10,722 bases of DNA, taken from an uncultured Deinococcales bacterium. GTDB taxonomy: Bacteria > Deinococcota > Deinococci > Deinococcales > JAAFIG01. Both the position numbers and the translations under genes were made by a program. Below, piece by piece: positions 7,849 through 10,722 of the stretch. The stretch's first letter is position 1. Every line of letters starts with the position of its first letter. The notes beneath the pieces are model-generated. The model worked only from the letters and a program-made list of their open reading frames with translations. It was not told the DNA's origin and did no database searches. The stretch covers positions 1 through 10,722 of the forward strand of contig CAXTKV010000180.1 in NCBI GenBank assembly GCA_964244895.1, read 5' to 3'.

Positions 7849-7878
7849 CCTGGACGTTGAGCCTCGAGCATCACCGCG

Positions 7879-8973
7879 TCAATCGAGCGATTCGAGCGAT
7901 CCAAAATCGGGTTCCTGGAGCGGTGCGCGGGTCGGCTCACTGGAGCGCATCATCACGATCTGCTCGAGGTCTTGAAAGCTTCGGGTGGTCTGGAGGCTCA
8001 TCGCACCGACCGGGCACGAAACCACGCAGGCATTGCAGCCGTTGCAGGCGGCAACCTCGAGATTCAAGCGAATCGTACCGTCGAGATGGGTTTTGCGGGT
8101 GATCGCGTCCGTTGGGCAAAGAACCTCGCAGACCTGGCAGAAGCTGCAGGATTCGTCGACTGCGGGCGCTGGCCAGTACTGGGGCGCGCCATCCGCAGGG
8201 CGGGGCTTGAGCGCGCGCCTGCGCCAGACCCATTCATCGCCGATGCGGCCCGGTTCGGGCAGCCCGTCCACGCCGGGTAAAGGCCGGTCGGGGATTACCT
8301 GCGCCAGACCCCGCCTGGCGCTGCCCCACAACGCGCCGAGTGCGCCGCGCCGCGAGACTGGCTTGGGCGCTGGAGCGCTCAATTTTGGAGCGGAGCCGGG
8401 TTCGAGATCATTCCAGGAGACCATCTGAACGCGATGGCGCCGCGCTGTCGGCGCGGCGTTGGGCAGGTTCTGGCGGTAGCTTTCGGCGGTCTTGCGGTTG
8501 GCGCGCACCGCGTCGGGAACGTCGGCGCTGCCAATTTTGCAGGCGCTGCACGATCCGTGAATCAGATCGAGATTCTGGCCCCAGGCGGCGCTGGCGAGCA
8601 GGTGCGCCGGGGTGATGCGCGCCAGGCACGCGACCTCCGGGCCATCGCCGGGAACCTCCGCGCAGCGCAAACTCGCCGGGACGGAGTTGCAGTCGGGGTT
8701 GGCCGTACCCTGATCCTTGAGCTTCCCCAAGACGGGCAAGAGGTCGTACTCGAGCGCTCCGCTCGGGCAGGCTTGCACGCACAACCCGCATCCCGTGCAG
8801 GCATCGCTGAGAATTTCGACGCGATCGGTTAACCGCACCGCGTCGTGCGGGCAGGCCCGCTCGCAGAGGTCGCAACCGCCGACCGCGTGCCGCTCGAGCA
8901 AGCAGCGCTCGCCCGTGTAACGCGGTCGAAGGTCGGAAAGTTGCAGTCCCGCATCCAGTAAAACCTTCAGCAT
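7879..8973 (-). CDS. Multi-[4Fe-4S] ferredoxin-like (polyferredoxin) protein
   Basis: Four cluster motifs: C-x9-CDLCERACP, CTGCGLCVQACP, CSFCQVCEVLCP and CNGCNACVVSCP. Additional central cysteines (LRC, VACL, CSAC). GAGG upstream of ATG. Confidence 0.9.
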   Translation of the reverse strand: MLKVLLDAGLQLSDLRPRYTGERCLLERHAVGGCDLCERACPHDAVRLTDRVEILSDACTGCGLCVQACPSGALEYDLLPVLGKLKDQGTANPDCNSVPASLRCAEVPGDGPEVACLARITPAHLLASAAWGQNLDLIHGSCSACKIGSADVPDAVRANRKTAESYRQNLPNAAPTARRHRVQMVSWNDLEPGSAPKLSAPAPKPVSRRGALGALWGSARRGLAQVIPDRPLPGVDGLPEPGRIGDEWVWRRRALKPRPADGAPQYWPAPAVDESCSFCQVCEVLCPTDAITRKTHLDGTIRLNLEVAACNGCNACVVSCPVGAMSLQTTRSFQDLEQIVMMRSSEPTRAPLQEPDFGSLESLD

Positions 8974-9020
8974 AGAACGGGCCTCACGGACATTTCAGGC
9001 CCGAGGATTCGAGCGGGGCA

Positions 9021-9263
9021 TCAGCTCGAAGGCTCAGAGGTCGACTCGAGCGCTTTTTTGGCCTCGAGCTTGCGGTTGGGTTTGGGCGGTTCCCGGTCCT
9101 GAAGGCCGAGATCCAGGTCGCCTTTGAGTTCGCTGACGCCCTTCTTGAATTCGCCGATGCTCTGCCCGAGACCCCGCCCGAGTTCGGGCAAACGCTTGGC
9201 TCCAAACAGCACGACGGCCAGCAAAACGATGATGGCAATTTCGGTGACTCCGAGTCCGAACAT
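9021..9263 (-). CDS. tatA: Twin-arginine translocase TatA/TatE subunit (80 aa)
   Basis: MFGLGVTEIAIIVLLAVVLFGAKRLPELGRGLGQSIGEFKKG: TM helix, FG hinge, amphipathic helix. AAGGAG RBS places the start at 9263, not 9299. Confidence 0.95.
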   Translation of the reverse strand: MFGLGVTEIAIIVLLAVVLFGAKRLPELGRGLGQSIGEFKKGVSELKGDLDLGLQDREPPKPNRKLEAKKALESTSEPSS

Positions 9264-9332
9264 GGCGGTCTCCTTGTGATTCTGAAGATATCGGTGCAAC
9301 TCTGCGCGAATGATCCGGGTTTTCTCGCGGCT

Positions 9333-9366
9333 CCAGGGGGTGTCATCCGTCGATCACACCCCCTGG
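9333..9366. other. Strong intergenic stem-loop between the Rieske-fusion gene and tatA
   Basis: CCAGGGGGTGT (9333-9343) / ACACCCCCTGG (9356-9366), perfect 11 bp with a 12-nt loop. No U-tract on the transcribed (minus) strand. Confidence 0.6.
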
Positions 9367-9388
9367 GCTGGTTTTCTCAGACTTCAGG

Positions 9389-10722
9389 TCACTGCAAGTA
9401 GATGCCGTCCGTGAACGCCTTGATGACCAGTGCCGCCAGGGCGGTCTTGGCCGGGGCGGTCGGAGCCGCGCCGGACTCGAGGTTAAAGGTCGCCTGGTGG
9501 CACGGGCAGGTCAGCAGGTGGTTGGCATCCGGCCCGACATCGAGGACATCGCAGCCCTGATGGGTGCAATGGCGGCTGAACGCGATCAGGTTCATACCGT
9601 TGACCGCGATTCCACCGGTTTGCAGGGCACTCGAACGGTAGATGATCCCGCCGCGGTCGCTGCCGAGCGGTGCGGCAAAATCTTTCCACGAACCGACGCT
9701 CGGAAAGTCCGTCAGGAGCGCGACTTTCGTGCCCGTGGTCGCGGCGGGAATGTTGACCACGACGCTGGTGGCGGGCGTGCTGGCGCGGGTGTTCCCGGCG
9801 GCATCGTAGGCTTTGGCGGTGTAGGCGTGCGTGCCGTTGTCGGCGTTGGTCAACGCGACGCTCTGGGTGTACGGGGCGGCGGTCTTCGAGCCGAGCAGGG
9901 TCGCGCCGTCGTAGAACTCGACTTTCGTGACGCCGACGTTATCGCTGGCGGTCGCGGTCAGCGTGATCGAACCCGCCGCCGTGACATTCAAGCTCGAGCT
10001 CGAGAGGCTGACCGTCGGTGGCGTGGTATCGGCGGGCTGACCGATGTTGACCACGACCGCGACCGCCGGAGAACTGCTGGCGCTGTTGTTGGCGGCGTCA
10101 AAGGCTTTGGCGATGTAGTTGTGCGTGCCGTTGTTGGCGTTGGTGAAACTGACGGCCTGCGTGTAAGGCGCGCTGGTCTTGGTTCCGAGCAGGCTTCCGC
10201 CTTCGTAGAATTCAACTTTGGTCACGCCGACGTTGTCGCTGGCGGTGGCAGTCAGCGTGATCGTTGCGGCTGCCGTGACATTCAGGCTCGAACTCGAGAG
10301 ACCGATGGTCGGGGCGGTCGTGTCCGCCGGATTGCCAGTGATGTTGACGACCACCGTCACAGACGGGGAACTCACGGCGCTGTTGTTGGCGGCGTCAAAA
10401 GCTTTGGCGATGTAATTGTGCGTACCGTTGTTGGCGGCAACAAAATTCAGATCGAAGCTGTACGGTGCGGCTGTCTTGGCTCCGAGCAGCGTGGCGCCTT
10501 CGTAGAACTCAACCTTGCTGACACCGACGTTGTCCGCAGCGGTCGCGGTCAACGTGACCTTCCCAGCGGCGGTCAGGTTGGCGCTCGAGGCCACCAGGCT
10601 GACCGTCGGCGGCGGGGTATCGGCGGTTGTGCAGTCTTTTTTGATCTTAACCATAATCTGTTCGGTGGACAATACCTTGCCGCTTTTGAGGTAGATCTTG
10701 GCGGTGAAATCCCGCTCGGATT
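9389..10722 (-). CDS. Tandem bacterial Ig-like domain protein with C-terminal Rieske [2Fe-2S] domain; 5'-truncated
   Basis: Frame stays open to the window edge (...SERDFTAKIYLKSGKVLSTEQ...). Three ~98-aa repeats DTxxPT...ATAxDNVGVxKVEFY...NGTHxYxAKAxDAAxN, then Rieske boxes CTHQGC (9551-9568) and CPCH (9497-9508). Confidence 0.9.
   Translation of the reverse strand, partial: SERDFTAKIYLKSGKVLSTEQIMVKIKKDCTTADTPPPTVSLVASSANLTAAGKVTLTATAADNVGVSKVEFYEGATLLGAKTAAPYSFDLNFVAANNGTHNYIAKAFDAANNSAVSSPSVTVVVNITGNPADTTAPTIGLSSSSLNVTAAATITLTATASDNVGVTKVEFYEGGSLLGTKTSAPYTQAVSFTNANNGTHNYIAKAFDAANNSASSSPAVAVVVNIGQPADTTPPTVSLSSSSLNVTAAGSITLTATASDNVGVTKVEFYDGATLLGSKTAAPYTQSVALTNADNGTHAYTAKAYDAAGNTRASTPATSVVVNIPAATTGTKVALLTDFPSVGSWKDFAAPLGSDRGGIIYRSSALQTGGIAVNGMNLIAFSRHCTHQGCDVLDVGPDANHLLTCPCHQATFNLESGAAPTAPAKTALAALVIKAFTDGIYLQ
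9749..10621 (-). repeat. Three tandem intragenic repeats of about 295 nt encoding Ig-like domains
   Basis: Units begin at 10621, 10324 and 10030 (periods 297 and 294 nt). About 60 nt at 10081-10139 matches 10378-10436 with three synonymous differences. Confidence 0.92.

Noticed and set aside
9389..9750. Rieske gene as petA/qcrA or aioB
   Set aside because: No cytochrome b or molybdopterin subunit follows it, and the Ig-repeat fusion does not match those subunits. Upstream partners cannot be excluded.
10670..10672. TTG at 10672 as the start of the Ig-Rieske gene
   Set aside because: No RBS or signal peptide, and the frame is open to the window edge, so the true start lies outside the window.

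Overview
GC-rich bacterial DNA. The non-lipoprotein 'ALA-Q' signal peptide and the gene content suggest Deinococcota (inference). The window holds two convergent gene blocks. Plus strand (1-4091): the 3' part of a sugar-uptake operon (ABC permease, solute-binding protein, Gfo/Idh/MocA oxidoreductase, single-domain GH15 hydrolase) that resembles cycloalternan/isomaltose catabolic loci. Minus strand (10722-4171): a redox cluster made of a 5'-truncated protein with tandem Ig-like domains fused to a C-terminal Rieske [2Fe-2S] domain, tatA, a multi-[4Fe-4S] protein, a two-subunit 2-oxoacid:ferredoxin oxidoreductase (alpha/beta), an ABM-like protein and a small tail-anchored membrane protein. Non-coding signals: a REP-like palindromic repeat family in three intergenic regions, strong enrichment of CTCGAG (43 by manual count), and a structured leader upstream of the oxidoreductase alpha gene whose loop is complementary to the Shine-Dalgarno region. 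The best candidate for an undescribed system is the Ig-stalked Rieske protein with tatA and the polyferredoxin. Similarities to named proteins are from memory, not from a search.
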